From NCBI GenBank assembly GCA_048939625.1, contig JBHLPH010000010.1:1-64000 (forward strand): 64,000 nucleotides of DNA, read 5' to 3'. The notes beneath the pieces were generated by a model, which was not told where the DNA came from, did no database searches, and was given only the letters and a program-made list of their open reading frames with translations. The stretch comes from Promethearchaeota archaeon (lineage in GTDB: Archaea > Asgardarchaeota > Hermodarchaeia > Hermodarchaeales > Hermodarchaeaceae). The position numbers and the translations under genes were made by a program. Positions 28,331-38,545 of this stretch are shown one piece after another; positions within the stretch are counted from its first letter, which is position 1; each line of letters opens with the position of its first letter.

Positions 28331-28947
28331 CCATGACAGAAGATCTACTTGTTGCCCTTGACCAATATCTTGCCGCTGGAATCCACATTGGCACTCAGGT
28401 AAAAACGGTTACAATGGAACCCTACATTTACCGGGTACGTCAGGACGGACTCTATGTTCTTGATATTCGTAAATTTGATGAAAGGGTACGGGTTGCTGCA
28501 CGAATGCTCGCTCGAGTCGAACCAGCTTCAGTAGCTGTTGTCGGTGCTCGGCAATATGCCCAAAAACCCATTAACACCTTTTGTACGGTCATTGGTGCAA
28601 CCCCGCTCTCTGGGCGGTTCATTCCTGGAACTTTTACAAATCCCCGGCTTCCCCAATATACCGAACCTTCTCTTATCTTTGTGACAGATCCACGAGCTGA
28701 CGCCCAAGCCGTCCGTGAAGGCGCAAAAATCCGGGTTCCCGTTGTAGCATTGGTCGACACCGACAACTCTCTCCAATACATTGACCTTGCTATTCCCTGC
28801 AATAACAAAGGACGAAAATCTCTCTCTCTGACCTATTGGCTCCTTGCCCGCCAAGTACTACGCGAACGTGGACAATTAGCACCAGAAGTCGAGTTTCCAT
28901 TCAAAGTCGAAGACTTCGAGGCAACTTTGCGTCGCACTGAAGCCTAG
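28327..28947 (+). CDS. rps2: 30S ribosomal protein uS2
   Basis: [27 protein letters not shown]. Confidence 0.97.
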   Translation: MTMTEDLLVALDQYLAAGIHIGTQVKTVTMEPYIYRVRQDGLYVLDIRKFDERVRVAARMLARVEPASVAVVGARQYAQKPINTFCTVIGATPLSGRFIPGTFTNPRLPQYTEPSLIFVTDPRADAQAVREGAKIRVPVVALVDTDNSLQYIDLAIPCNNKGRKSLSLTYWLLARQVLRERGQLAPEVEFPFKVEDFEATLRRTEA

Positions 28948-29078
28948 CACACTCCCTCTTGTTTTCATCGAGTCATGGAAAGGCTCTTAAGCATTCAACT
29001 CAGAATCGACTCGTAATTCCCTACCACACATGAGGTCATCCCCTCATTCCAGCATGAAATAGCTGGAGGCAAATTTCC

Positions 29079-30017
29079 ATGGGTAAAGGCTCAGGCTTTG
29101 GTAAAACAATTCTTTTTGGTGAACACTTCGTTGTTTATGGATTTCCCGCGATCGCAGCGGCAATCGGATCCACAACGACCGCGATTGTACGAAGAACACC
29201 CGAGCCAGGATGGTCATTAAAGGATAATCGTCCTGCAGTTCCTGGGTATAAGAAAAAGAAAAAAGATGAACAAAAGGCGTCCATTGAGAATATTCTTCGG
29301 TTCGCTGACATCAATCTCGATGAAGCAGGGATTACAATCACCTTAGGCGGAAAATTAGTTTGTGCGAGTGGCATTGGAGCAAGTGCGGCTAGCTGTACAG
29401 CTATTGCCCGTGCACTCAACGATGAATTTCGCTTAGGCTGGGATGACAACCAAGTAAATGCTTGTGCTTTTGAAGGCGAAAAAGGCTATCACGGAACCCC
29501 AAGTGGTATCGATAATACAGCAGCCACCTTTGGCGGCATTGTTTGGTATAAACGCGATCCCAGTGGTGGTGCTCCAACAATTGAGACCATCAAAATGAAA
29601 GCACCGACCGACATCGTAATTGCTAGCACTGGGATCACGGCTAGTACTAAGGAAGTAGTTGCAGATGTCCGCCAAATGAAAGACGAGAAAGGTAACTGGT
29701 TTAATCAAATCACCGAGGACTATCTTGACATTGTAAACACAGCTAGACAAGCCCTAATTGATAATGACCTCCAGCTTGTTGGTCTGTTGATGAACCAGAA
29801 CCATAATCTTCTCATTGAAATTGGAGTCTCGTGCGTGGAATTAGAGGAGCTTGTGGGTGTGTCCCGTCAAGCAGGAGCATGGGGCGCAAAATTGACGGGA
29901 ACAGGGCGGGGAGGAAATATGGTTGCTTTAACCCCAGGTCGAGAGTTGCAAAACAACATCTTTGGCGCAGTCAAACAACGTGGGTTCTCGGCTTGGCGGT
30001 ACCAGATTGGCGTATAA
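29079..30017 (+). CDS. mvk: Mevalonate kinase
   Basis: GKTILFGEHFVVYG, SGIGASAA, HGTPSGID, KLTGTGRGG (GHMP kinase). Confidence 0.93.
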   Translation: MGKGSGFGKTILFGEHFVVYGFPAIAAAIGSTTTAIVRRTPEPGWSLKDNRPAVPGYKKKKKDEQKASIENILRFADINLDEAGITITLGGKLVCASGIGASAASCTAIARALNDEFRLGWDDNQVNACAFEGEKGYHGTPSGIDNTAATFGGIVWYKRDPSGGAPTIETIKMKAPTDIVIASTGITASTKEVVADVRQMKDEKGNWFNQITEDYLDIVNTARQALIDNDLQLVGLLMNQNHNLLIEIGVSCVELEELVGVSRQAGAWGAKLTGTGRGGNMVALTPGRELQNNIFGAVKQRGFSAWRYQIGV

Positions 30018-30038
30018 AAAATTATGAGGTGAAAGGTA

Positions 30039-31346
30039 ATGGGTTTACGTGACCATTTAGCGAAACTTGACAAAGAAGGCACCCTTCTTAAAATAGCTAA
30101 ACCGGTGTCTAAACGCCTTGAAGCCAGTGGTATTCTCAAGGCGGTAGAACCTCGACCGGTTCTCTTTGAAAATGTCAAAGATTCAGATTACCGGATAATG
30201 GGAAACCTGTTTTGTAGTAAAGAAAGTGTAGCTAACTATCTAGGAATTTCAACCAACGAGATAATTCCTACCCTAAGCAAAGCCATTGAAGAGCGGTCAG
30301 TTCCTGAAGAAATTCAAGATGCTCCCTGCCAAGAGGTCGTTGAAACGGATGTTGACCTTGATAAAATTCCTATCATCTTTCATAACGAACGTGATGGGGG
30401 ACCTTATATCTCTTCAGCTGTCGTCGTCGTTACTCATCCTAAATTTGGTCAGAATCTTGACTTCCATCGTGCAATGCAAATCAAAAAAGATATGATGAGC
30501 ACTCGGGTCGTTGCCAAACGCAATTTTCATACATTCTTAGAAGACATTGGCGAAGTCAATGTCGCCTTTTGTATTGGCAATGCACCAAACGTTCTTGTTG
30601 CTGCGGCCACAAGTGTAGAAATCGGAATAAATGAATTAGAAATCGCAAATGCCCTTGAACCAATACGCGTTGTCAAGGCTAAGACCTCTGATTTACTCAT
30701 ACCGGCTGATTGCGAGTGGGTAATTGAGGGCAAGGTGTATCGGGATAAACGTCATGACGAAGGACCTTTCATTGATTTAACTGAGACTTATGATGTAATC
30801 CGTAACGAGCCGATATTCGAAGTCAGCTGTATCACGCATCGAAAGGACGCAATCTGGCAGGCCCTTCTCCCTGGTGCTTTTGAACATAAACTACTCATGG
30901 GCATGCCCCGAGAGCCAACAATCTTCCGAAAAATCAACGAGAAAGGGGTTCGTTGTCTTGACGTGAATATCAACCCAGGTGGTTGCAGCTGGCTACACGC
31001 CATCGTGAAAATTGACAAACAGCGAGAAGAGGATGGCAAATTAGCAATTCAAGGCGCATTCGAAGGACATACCAGCTGTAAACATGTGTTCGTCGTTGAC
31101 AAAGACATTGACATCTATGATCCCTTCGATGTTGAATGGGCGATGGCAACCCGATTCCAAGGCGATGTCGATATGGTGGTTAAAGACAAAGAACGAGGAA
31201 GTAGTTTGGATCCGAGTGCAGAACCTGGCACCTATCTGACTACTAAGATCGGGTTTGACCTGACTCATCCTTTGAAGACTGAAGGTAAAAACTTCGCTAA
31301 AGCTAGTTTTCCAAAAGTAGACCTCTCCAAATTCCTGAGGGAGTGA
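30039..31346 (+). CDS. UbiD-family decarboxylase (likely anhydromevalonate phosphate decarboxylase)
   Basis: DGGPYI, EGPFIDLTETYD, VVDKDID, WAMATR, GSSLDPS; context of mvk, PMDh and fni. Confidence 0.88.
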   Translation: MGLRDHLAKLDKEGTLLKIAKPVSKRLEASGILKAVEPRPVLFENVKDSDYRIMGNLFCSKESVANYLGISTNEIIPTLSKAIEERSVPEEIQDAPCQEVVETDVDLDKIPIIFHNERDGGPYISSAVVVVTHPKFGQNLDFHRAMQIKKDMMSTRVVAKRNFHTFLEDIGEVNVAFCIGNAPNVLVAAATSVEIGINELEIANALEPIRVVKAKTSDLLIPADCEWVIEGKVYRDKRHDEGPFIDLTETYDVIRNEPIFEVSCITHRKDAIWQALLPGAFEHKLLMGMPREPTIFRKINEKGVRCLDVNINPGGCSWLHAIVKIDKQREEDGKLAIQGAFEGHTSCKHVFVVDKDIDIYDPFDVEWAMATRFQGDVDMVVKDKERGSSLDPSAEPGTYLTTKIGFDLTHPLKTEGKNFAKASFPKVDLSKFLRE

Positions 31347-31354
31347 AAGATAGA

Positions 31355-32545
31355 ATGAAGTTATCTACCCTGCAAATGGAGATGCTCAATGGAAAGCATG
31401 GGCTTGCGAGCCAAAAGAGCATGGAAATCCTCAATGCACTTGGCGAAATTTTTGGTGCCAAGACGATGGTGCCTGTTACCTCCGTTCAAATTGCTGGCGT
31501 CAGTTATGCAAATCTCGGCGAGCCAGGTCTCGATTGGCTTGCGCAGATGGCGGAAGATGGACGGGTTCGTGTACTAACCACTCTAAATCCGGCAGGTATG
31601 GACTTGGAGAACTGGAAGGTCTTAGGTATTGATCCTGAATTTGCGAAAAACCAGGAACGTGTTGTCAACGCTTTTGCCAAGATGGGTATCATTACAACAT
31701 GTACATGTACACCCTATTTAGTGGGCAATCTTCCTCATTTTGGTGAACACATTGCTTGGGCTGAGAGTAGTGCAGTTTGTTTTGCCAATTCAGTAATTGG
31801 CGCAAAAACAAATCGTGAAGGTGGACCTAGCGCCTTAGCTGCGGCGCTCACTGGGTACACTCCGAAGTATGGGTATCACTTAGAAGAAAATCGTCACGCT
31901 CATATTAGCTTCAAGATTGAACCTAAAATCGAAGGCACCGCCCAGTTTGGTACACTAGGAAAGGCTATTGGAGATATCTTAGATTCAAAAACTGAATGGA
32001 CAATTCCTTACATTACTGGAATTCCCTCCGCGAATACGGATGAGCTTAAATCCTTCTGTGCTTCAATTGCAACATATGGGGGGACTGCCCTCTTCCATAT
32101 GGAGGGCTTGACACCGAATAAAACCAAAACACCAAAAGAAACCATCACCATCACAGCTGCTCAGTTAAAGGATGCAGAAGAGGAACTCAACGAGGCTGAT
32201 GCAGCAATTGATTTTGTAAGTATTGGCTGTCCTCATGCCTCATTACGCGAAATTCGGTATATCGCTGAACTGGTTGAGAGCAAACAAGTGAAGAAGGAAA
32301 CTTGGATTACTACTGCGCGCCCTACCAAACAAGTTGCTGACCGTATGGGCTATACCCAAATCATTGAAGCCGCTGGCATCAAATTTGCTTGCGATACATG
32401 TTGTGTTGTAGCTCCAATTAAGGGACGGTTCACCGGGTTATGTACCGATTCAGCGAAAGGTTGCTACTATGGCCGTGGACGCAATAAATTCCAGACCAAA
32501 CATTGTACCCTGGAAGAATGTATCGAGGAGGCGTTAACGGAATGA
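31355..32545 (+). CDS. Aconitase X catalytic subunit (phosphomevalonate dehydratase large subunit)
   Basis: TCTPY, ESSAVCFANSVIGAKTNREG, GCPH, DTC. Confidence 0.9.
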   Translation: MKLSTLQMEMLNGKHGLASQKSMEILNALGEIFGAKTMVPVTSVQIAGVSYANLGEPGLDWLAQMAEDGRVRVLTTLNPAGMDLENWKVLGIDPEFAKNQERVVNAFAKMGIITTCTCTPYLVGNLPHFGEHIAWAESSAVCFANSVIGAKTNREGGPSALAAALTGYTPKYGYHLEENRHAHISFKIEPKIEGTAQFGTLGKAIGDILDSKTEWTIPYITGIPSANTDELKSFCASIATYGGTALFHMEGLTPNKTKTPKETITITAAQLKDAEEELNEADAAIDFVSIGCPHASLREIRYIAELVESKQVKKETWITTARPTKQVADRMGYTQIIEAAGIKFACDTCCVVAPIKGRFTGLCTDSAKGCYYGRGRNKFQTKHCTLEECIEEALTE

Positions 32546-32937
32546 CCATGAAATTCGAGGGTCGAAAAATATCTCCTGGCAAAGCAAGCGGGGAAGCCTT
32601 AGTCACCACTCAAGGCATCTCCTTCTACGGCGGAGTTGACCCAGAAACCGGAGTTGTCGTTGAAAAAGACCATGAGCTAGAAGGTCAATCCATCACAGGC
32701 AAGGTTCTCATCTTTCCCAGCGGAAAAGGATCAACTGTTGGATCCTATGTACTCTACCAATTAGCAAAGACCGGTAAGGGACCCGTAGCCATTATTAACC
32801 AAGAAACCGAAACTATTGTAGCTGTTGGCTGTATTATCAGTGAGATACCTGCAATCGATAAAATCCCAATCAACAAAATCTCAACGGGTCAACAACTTCG
32901 CGTTGATGCGACGAACGGATTGGTCGAAGTCATCTAA
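32542..32937 (+). CDS. Aconitase X swivel subunit DUF126 (phosphomevalonate dehydratase small subunit)
   Basis: SFYGGVDPETG, GKGSTVGSY. Confidence 0.92.
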   Translation: MTMKFEGRKISPGKASGEALVTTQGISFYGGVDPETGVVVEKDHELEGQSITGKVLIFPSGKGSTVGSYVLYQLAKTGKGPVAIINQETETIVAVGCIISEIPAIDKIPINKISTGQQLRVDATNGLVEVI

Positions 32938-32994
32938 TCTACTATAACTAATCCGAATCAATAGAACGCCATTGCCACCTCGGAGGGACAATCC

Positions 32995-34143
32995 TTGGCA
33001 AAAACACGATCTAAAACAGAATCGAAACAAAAAGAGAAACTCACCGAAAGTCGAAAACTGGATCATATCCGCATTTGCCTAGAGCGCGAAGTAGAATCCA
33101 GTATCCCTACCGGCTTTGATGATATTACGCTCATCCATAATGCTGTCCCAGAACTGAATCTCGAGGATGTTGATATCCAAACCTCCTTCCTTGGGCACAA
33201 ACTTCAAGCTCCCATCATGATAACGGCTATGACTGGAGGACATCAAGAAGCACTCCCAATTAACAAACACATTGCTCAGGCTGTGGAAAAATTGGGGTTA
33301 GCGATGGGTGTTGGTAGCCAGCGTGCTGCCATCGAAGACATCTCCTTGGCTGATTCTTTTACTATCACTCGAGAAGTCGCCCCAACGGCATTTCTTGTCG
33401 GTAATATTGGAGCGCCTCAACTCTCACTTGGCTGGGGCGTTGACGAAGTCCAAAAAGCAATTGACATGATCAAGGCAAATGCCGTAGCCATTCATTTCAA
33501 TGCCACGCAGGAAGCGGTGCAACCGGAAGGTGAGGCCAATTTTGCTGGAGTGCTTCAATCGATAAAAACTCTCAGTGCTGAGATATCGACCCCGGTTATT
33601 GCAAAAGAAACTGGGGCTGGGCTGAGTCAGAGTACAGCCACGGTCTTGATGGCTGCTGGGGTAAAAGCACTGGATGTTGCGGGTTTAGGGGGCACTAGCT
33701 GGCCAGCTGTAGAAGTGGAACGCGCCAAACCAGGGGATGTCTTGAAAGCGACACTGGGTCGATGGTTCACCAACTGGGGAATTCCAACAGCTGTAGCTAC
33801 CTTTGAAGTAGCATATGCAGTAAAGAAGCGGGTTCCCATTATCGCTTCGGGTGGGATACGTACGGGTATAGATGTTGCGAAAGCAATTGCTATTGGAGCG
33901 AACCTAGTGGGAGTGGCTCTTCCAGCTTTATCCCCCGCTATTCTCGATGCGAAAGCAGTGCAATTGTACTTAGAGAGTCTTATTCAGGGATTAAAAGCTG
34001 CGATGTTTCTTGTTGGTGCAGCCAATCTTAAAGAGCTCTCGCAAGCGCCTTTGGTGATTTCAGGACGTACCAGGGAGTGGCTTGAATATCGCGTTTATGA
34101 GGACCTCGTTGAATTCAAAGCTGACCGGCGTATTCGCAAGTAA
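32995..34143 (+). CDS. fni: Type 2 isopentenyl-diphosphate isomerase
   Basis: RKLDHI, AMTGG, GSQR, KETGAG, GGTSW, SGGIR. Confidence 0.95.
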   Translation: MAKTRSKTESKQKEKLTESRKLDHIRICLEREVESSIPTGFDDITLIHNAVPELNLEDVDIQTSFLGHKLQAPIMITAMTGGHQEALPINKHIAQAVEKLGLAMGVGSQRAAIEDISLADSFTITREVAPTAFLVGNIGAPQLSLGWGVDEVQKAIDMIKANAVAIHFNATQEAVQPEGEANFAGVLQSIKTLSAEISTPVIAKETGAGLSQSTATVLMAAGVKALDVAGLGGTSWPAVEVERAKPGDVLKATLGRWFTNWGIPTAVATFEVAYAVKKRVPIIASGGIRTGIDVAKAIAIGANLVGVALPALSPAILDAKAVQLYLESLIQGLKAAMFLVGAANLKELSQAPLVISGRTREWLEYRVYEDLVEFKADRRIRK

Positions 34144-34254
34144 TTTTCGTCTATTGGGGCTGTGAGAAGAAAAAGCTTTAAATGCCGTGTTGTTTGCTAC
34201 TCTGTCGCCACAGCCACGGGTCGTTTAATTACTGGCTGCTGGCCTCGACAAGAC

Positions 34255-34275
34255 CCGATGAATACCCATGAGGTG
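34255..34275 (+). promoter_or_regulatory. Putative K-turn/K-loop overlapping the L7Ae Shine-Dalgarno
   Basis: CC-GAU-GA-AU-ACCC-AU-GA-GG; the GAGGUG SD is part of the motif. Confidence 0.55.
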
Positions 34276-34281
34276 TTCTTG

Positions 34282-34650
34282 TTGTCAAAACCACATGTCA
34301 AATTTACTGCACCCAAAGAATTGCAAGACATTGCATATGAAATAATTGAGATTGCTCGGGATACTGGTAAGGTTCGAAAAGGGACCAACGAAACTACCAA
34401 AGCCGTTGAACGAGCAATTGCGAAATTCGTTGTTGTTGCTGAAGATGTAGATCCTCCGGAAATCATCTTTCATCTTCCTGTTATGTGTGAAGAAAAGAAC
34501 ATACCCTACATCTACGTCGCCAGTAAAAACAAGGTAGGGACCTCCCTCGGTATCGATGTTCCTTCGGCCTCTGCTGCAATAATTGATGCGGGTGATGCAC
34601 AGAAACTCATCGATGACCTCGCGAAAAAATTGAAAGACCTTCAAAAATAA
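34282..34650 (+). CDS. rpl7ae: Ribosomal/K-turn-binding protein L7Ae
   Basis: [21 protein letters not shown]; TTG start after GAGGTG. Confidence 0.96.
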   Translation: MSKPHVKFTAPKELQDIAYEIIEIARDTGKVRKGTNETTKAVERAIAKFVVVAEDVDPPEIIFHLPVMCEEKNIPYIYVASKNKVGTSLGIDVPSASAAIIDAGDAQKLIDDLAKKLKDLQK

Positions 34651-34675
34651 ACACCATCCAATAGGTGACAAATAA

Positions 34676-34891
34676 ATGAGTTCAGAAGACGCGGGCATTC
34701 CAGCCGAAGTAGTTCAGGTCGTAGGACGAACTGGACTCACAGGAGAAATCATTCAGGTACGTGTCCGTGTATTAGAAGGTCGTGATCAAGGACGCATTCT
34801 TACTCGGAACGTCAAAGGCCCAATTCGTGAAGGCGATATTCTCGTTCTTCGTGAAACTGAACGCGAGGCACGGAAAATCCGAACTCCCTAG
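34676..34891 (+). CDS. rps28e: 30S ribosomal protein eS28
   Basis: [23 protein letters not shown]. Confidence 0.97.
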   Translation: MSSEDAGIPAEVVQVVGRTGLTGEIIQVRVRVLEGRDQGRILTRNVKGPIREGDILVLRETEREARKIRTP

Positions 34892-34914
34892 AATTAGGTA
34901 AGCTGGGAAAATAA

Positions 34915-35292
34915 ATGGTCAAAAAATACACATGCACTTTCTGTGGCACGGATGTAGAGCCAGGCACAGGATCGGTCTTTGTAAAAAATGATGGAACCCT
35001 ATTTTACCTGTGTTCAAGTAAGTGCCGACGTAATCAACTAATTTTGAAACGAACGGCACGACGTCTTAAGTGGACAGAAGTTTATGAGGAGCGGATTCGT
35101 CGCCGGTCCCAAGCCACGAAAAGGAAAAAGGCGAAATCCAAGCCTAAAGCTAAAGCCAAGGTTAAGAAAGAGACGAAAGCGCCTGCAAAGAAGAAAGCCG
35201 CACCAAAATCCAAGTCTAAGAAAGAAACAAAAGCTCCATCTGAGAAACCAGCGAAAAAATCCAAACCCAAATCTAAATCCAAGAAAGAATAA
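34915..35292 (+). CDS. rpl24e: 50S ribosomal protein eL24 with Lys-rich tail
   Basis: CTFCG..EPGTG, CSSKC, LKWT. Confidence 0.96.
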   Translation: MVKKYTCTFCGTDVEPGTGSVFVKNDGTLFYLCSSKCRRNQLILKRTARRLKWTEVYEERIRRRSQATKRKKAKSKPKAKAKVKKETKAPAKKKAAPKSKSKKETKAPSEKPAKKSKPKSKSKKE

Positions 35293-35348
35293 CTTCAAGA
35301 CCGCTTTCCGCTAGTTTGGTGCTTCTTTTCCTAAGATCCGAGGACGTA

Positions 35349-36017
35349 TTAGGTCTTATCACGGTCTAAATCCATGTTTCCCAAGATTGCATTCGCCAGA
35401 TTATTCAAATCTTGTTCTGTCCAATCTGGACATTCGTCAATGAGTAATTCAGCGATCTCTGATTTGTAGGTGTCTCGATTCATGTATTCTAGTGCGTATT
35501 CCTGGCAGATCTGTCGAATTTGTTCAGTTGCAATCACAGGCGTTTCCACCCATTTAGTGATATAAGCCTCAATCGCCTCTCGCCCATCCTGTTCGAGGTT
35601 GAGTTGGGCTTCTTCTTGCCAGAGTGCTATTTCCTTTTTTGCATTGATGGGCTCATCAGAAGCATGGGCAACATTGACTCCTCCAACAATACCATATTTG
35701 CCACGAAGGCTCTCTGGATCGGCTTTTTCTACAAACGTAGCTCCCAAGACTTCTCGAAGCCGGGACACGATATTTTCACCTTCTAAGACCGTAGCGACGA
35801 CATTACCCACTTCGATGAATTGCAGCAACCAGGGGTAGAAGAACTTTCCCTCATGAATCGCATAATGCTTCTCGGCAAGATGGTGCGAGACTGGGATCTC
35901 AAGAAATCCTTTGAACACTACATCAGGGAGAGCACTGAGGATTTGTTCAAAGACCGCAGCACCTACTCCTCTCCGCATTGTAGAATCCGGTTTGAGGATA
36001 AGAAGAGTCTGTTCCAT
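35349..36017 (-). CDS. ndk: Nucleoside diphosphate kinase with C-terminal extension
   Basis: QTLLILKPDS, HYAIHEGKFFY, GAT, SLRG, NVAHASD. Confidence 0.88.
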   Translation of the reverse strand: MEQTLLILKPDSTMRRGVGAAVFEQILSALPDVVFKGFLEIPVSHHLAEKHYAIHEGKFFYPWLLQFIEVGNVVATVLEGENIVSRLREVLGATFVEKADPESLRGKYGIVGGVNVAHASDEPINAKKEIALWQEEAQLNLEQDGREAIEAYITKWVETPVIATEQIRQICQEYALEYMNRDTYKSEIAELLIDECPDWTEQDLNNLANAILGNMDLDRDKT

Positions 36018-36181
36018 TTCAAACGCCTCGTGAAGGCACAAATCAGTTTACACACAAAAACCTTCCCTCAGCTAAAAATCTGGTTGGGCTTTTAGTTCCA
36101 GTGACATAAGCCTTAAATATCGTAGACCAGTCGATGCCAATGACAGCCCTATGTTGTTGTTCTTGAAGGACGGTGTCGAGG

Positions 36182-37963
36182 ATGCCGATTCGCCAACCTA
36201 TTGTTACCATGTTGGGTCATATCGACACAGGCAAGACCAGTCTCCTTGATAAAATTCGCGGTACTGGCGTCCAGGCACGTGAAGCAGGAGGTATCACTCA
36301 ACAAATCGGGGCAAGCTTCTTTCCCCTATCTACGGTAAGTGAACTCGTTGGTCCACTGATGAAATCGCTCAAACGGGAAATCAATCTTCCTGGATTACTT
36401 ATCATCGATACTCCCGGGCATGCAGCTTTTTTTAATCTGCGTAAACGCGGGGGAGCTGTAGCTGATATTGCTATTCTGGTAGTAGATATTGTCGACGGTC
36501 TACAACCACAAACCTATGAGTCAATCCGAATTCTCCGAGCACGAAAAACTCCCTTTCTGATTGCCCTGAACAAAGTGGATAGGTTACCGGGATGGAAACC
36601 CCAAAATACGTGGGTCATTTCTCAATCGATTACTAGCCAATCTGAGTACGTCAAGAGCGAGCTTGATAACAAAATCTACGAAGTTATGGGAGAATTATCG
36701 CGGGAAAATATCCAATCTGATCGGTATGATCGTATCACCGACTTTGCAAAAACAGTGGCCATTGTACCAACCAGTGCAAAGACCGGTGAAGGGCTGTCTG
36801 AATTACTACTCGTCCTTGTTGGGTTAGCTCAACAATATCTCGAGGCGCAATTGCAAACAACAGAAGGCCCAGCGAAAGGGGTTGTGCTTGAAGTTAAAGA
36901 AGAACCGGGACTTGGCGTAACCGTTGATACAATCATCTATGATGGCGTTCTCAAACACGGTGACACAATTATTGTAGGCGGACTCCAAAAACCCATTGTC
37001 ACCCATGTCCGTGCCCTTTTGATGCCTAAACCACTTGATGAAATCCGGGATCCCCGTGAACGATTCTCGCCCGTAAAAGAAGTTGTAGCAGCTGCTGGTA
37101 TTAAAATTGCAGCTCCTGAATTGGAAACCGCTATTGCAGGTGGAGGTCTGTTCGTCGCGAAGACAGAAGAGGAAATCGCCACCATCAAAGAGCGCATAAT
37201 TCAAGATATGGAAGCTGTGCGTTTTGAAACCGATAAAATCGGTGTTCTCCTCAAAGCAGATACTCTAGGCTCGCTAGAAGCCCTAATCGAATACCTCAAA
37301 GAACGGGAAATCCCAATTCGTCGAGCAGATATCGGGGATATCTCAAAAAAGGAAGTTAAGGCCATCTCAACAGTCTATGAACACGATCCCTTTGTAGGGG
37401 TTATTCTCGCTTTCAATGTCCGTCCCCTACCTGATGCCGCTAGTGAAGCCGACACCTTGGGAGTTCCCATCTTCCAAAGTCAAATCATCTACGACCTAGT
37501 TGATCAATACGAGAATTGGGTAGCAGATAAGCGGCAGAAACTTGAAGAGGCCATGCTTGAGGAGCTCATCTTCCCCGGCAAATTCGAAATCCTTCCCGGT
37601 TATATTTTCCGCCAAAGCAATCCCGCGGTTGTTGGAGTTAAAGTAATTGCCGGACGAATTAGTGCGAAAAGCAACCTCATCACTCCTGAGAATCGGCGCA
37701 TCGGCTCAATCCAACAAATTCAAGATAAAGGTGAAACTATACCTGTTGCCCGGATAGGCGCTGAAGTTGCGGTTTCAATTCGTGGAGCCACTGTCGGGCG
37801 ACAAATAGACGAAGGCGACATCCTCTATATTGACCTGCCCGAAGGAATGGTAATCCGACTCAACCAAGAATTCAAGGATCAACTCTCTGCAGATGAACAG
37901 GAATTATTGCAAGAATTCCTAGAACTCAAAAGAAAACATGTGCAACCATTTTGGGGCGTCTGA
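36182..37963 (+). CDS. infB: Translation initiation factor aIF5B (IF-2)
   Basis: RQPIV..GHIDTGKT, EAGGITQ, DTPGH, NKVD. Confidence 0.97.
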   Translation: MPIRQPIVTMLGHIDTGKTSLLDKIRGTGVQAREAGGITQQIGASFFPLSTVSELVGPLMKSLKREINLPGLLIIDTPGHAAFFNLRKRGGAVADIAILVVDIVDGLQPQTYESIRILRARKTPFLIALNKVDRLPGWKPQNTWVISQSITSQSEYVKSELDNKIYEVMGELSRENIQSDRYDRITDFAKTVAIVPTSAKTGEGLSELLLVLVGLAQQYLEAQLQTTEGPAKGVVLEVKEEPGLGVTVDTIIYDGVLKHGDTIIVGGLQKPIVTHVRALLMPKPLDEIRDPRERFSPVKEVVAAAGIKIAAPELETAIAGGGLFVAKTEEEIATIKERIIQDMEAVRFETDKIGVLLKADTLGSLEALIEYLKEREIPIRRADIGDISKKEVKAISTVYEHDPFVGVILAFNVRPLPDAASEADTLGVPIFQSQIIYDLVDQYENWVADKRQKLEEAMLEELIFPGKFEILPGYIFRQSNPAVVGVKVIAGRISAKSNLITPENRRIGSIQQIQDKGETIPVARIGAEVAVSIRGATVGRQIDEGDILYIDLPEGMVIRLNQEFKDQLSADEQELLQEFLELKRKHVQPFWGV

Positions 37964-38109
37964 TTTTTTCCCAACTAGTAGATGCTTCTCATCAATCCCT
38001 CATTTGACGGTAAGATTCATAAGCCCATATCCCATGCTACGCATTAATCTTAGCACACCTCTCTAAGTGGAAGCGATACTCAACGCATAGAATATCTTGA
38101 GGTCAAAAT

Positions 38110-38505
38110 ATGACGCGAATTCGATTAGTCATCGGTGATCCCCAAACAGGAAAGACAATTCAACTAGAACTCAGTGAACAACGTAGTCGCATCCTACAAG
38201 GCAAAGTCATTGGCGAAATCGTCGATGGCGATTCCCTAGGATTTGGTGGTTACCAATTCAAAATTACAGGCGGCAGTGATGGTACAGGTACACCAATGCG
38301 CCCCGATGTACATGGTGCTGTCCGAAAACGCCCTCTCCTATCAGGTGGCATCGGGTATAAACCCAAAACCTCAGGAGAGCGTCGACGTCGCCGAGTTCGT
38401 GGAAACGAAATCACTGATGAAATCGTTCAAGTAAATGCAAAAGTAATCACTCAAGGACCCAAACCCATCCTTGAATTAATCGAACAAAGCTCCGCCTCCT
38501 CATAA
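38110..38505 (+). CDS. rps6e: 30S ribosomal protein eS6
   Basis: ITGGSD..G.PMR, GERRRRRVRG. Confidence 0.96.
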   Translation: MTRIRLVIGDPQTGKTIQLELSEQRSRILQGKVIGEIVDGDSLGFGGYQFKITGGSDGTGTPMRPDVHGAVRKRPLLSGGIGYKPKTSGERRRRRVRGNEITDEIVQVNAKVITQGPKPILELIEQSSASS

Positions 38506-38545
38506 GAATTATACACAGAAGCAGCACAAGAGATGACGATCCAAT

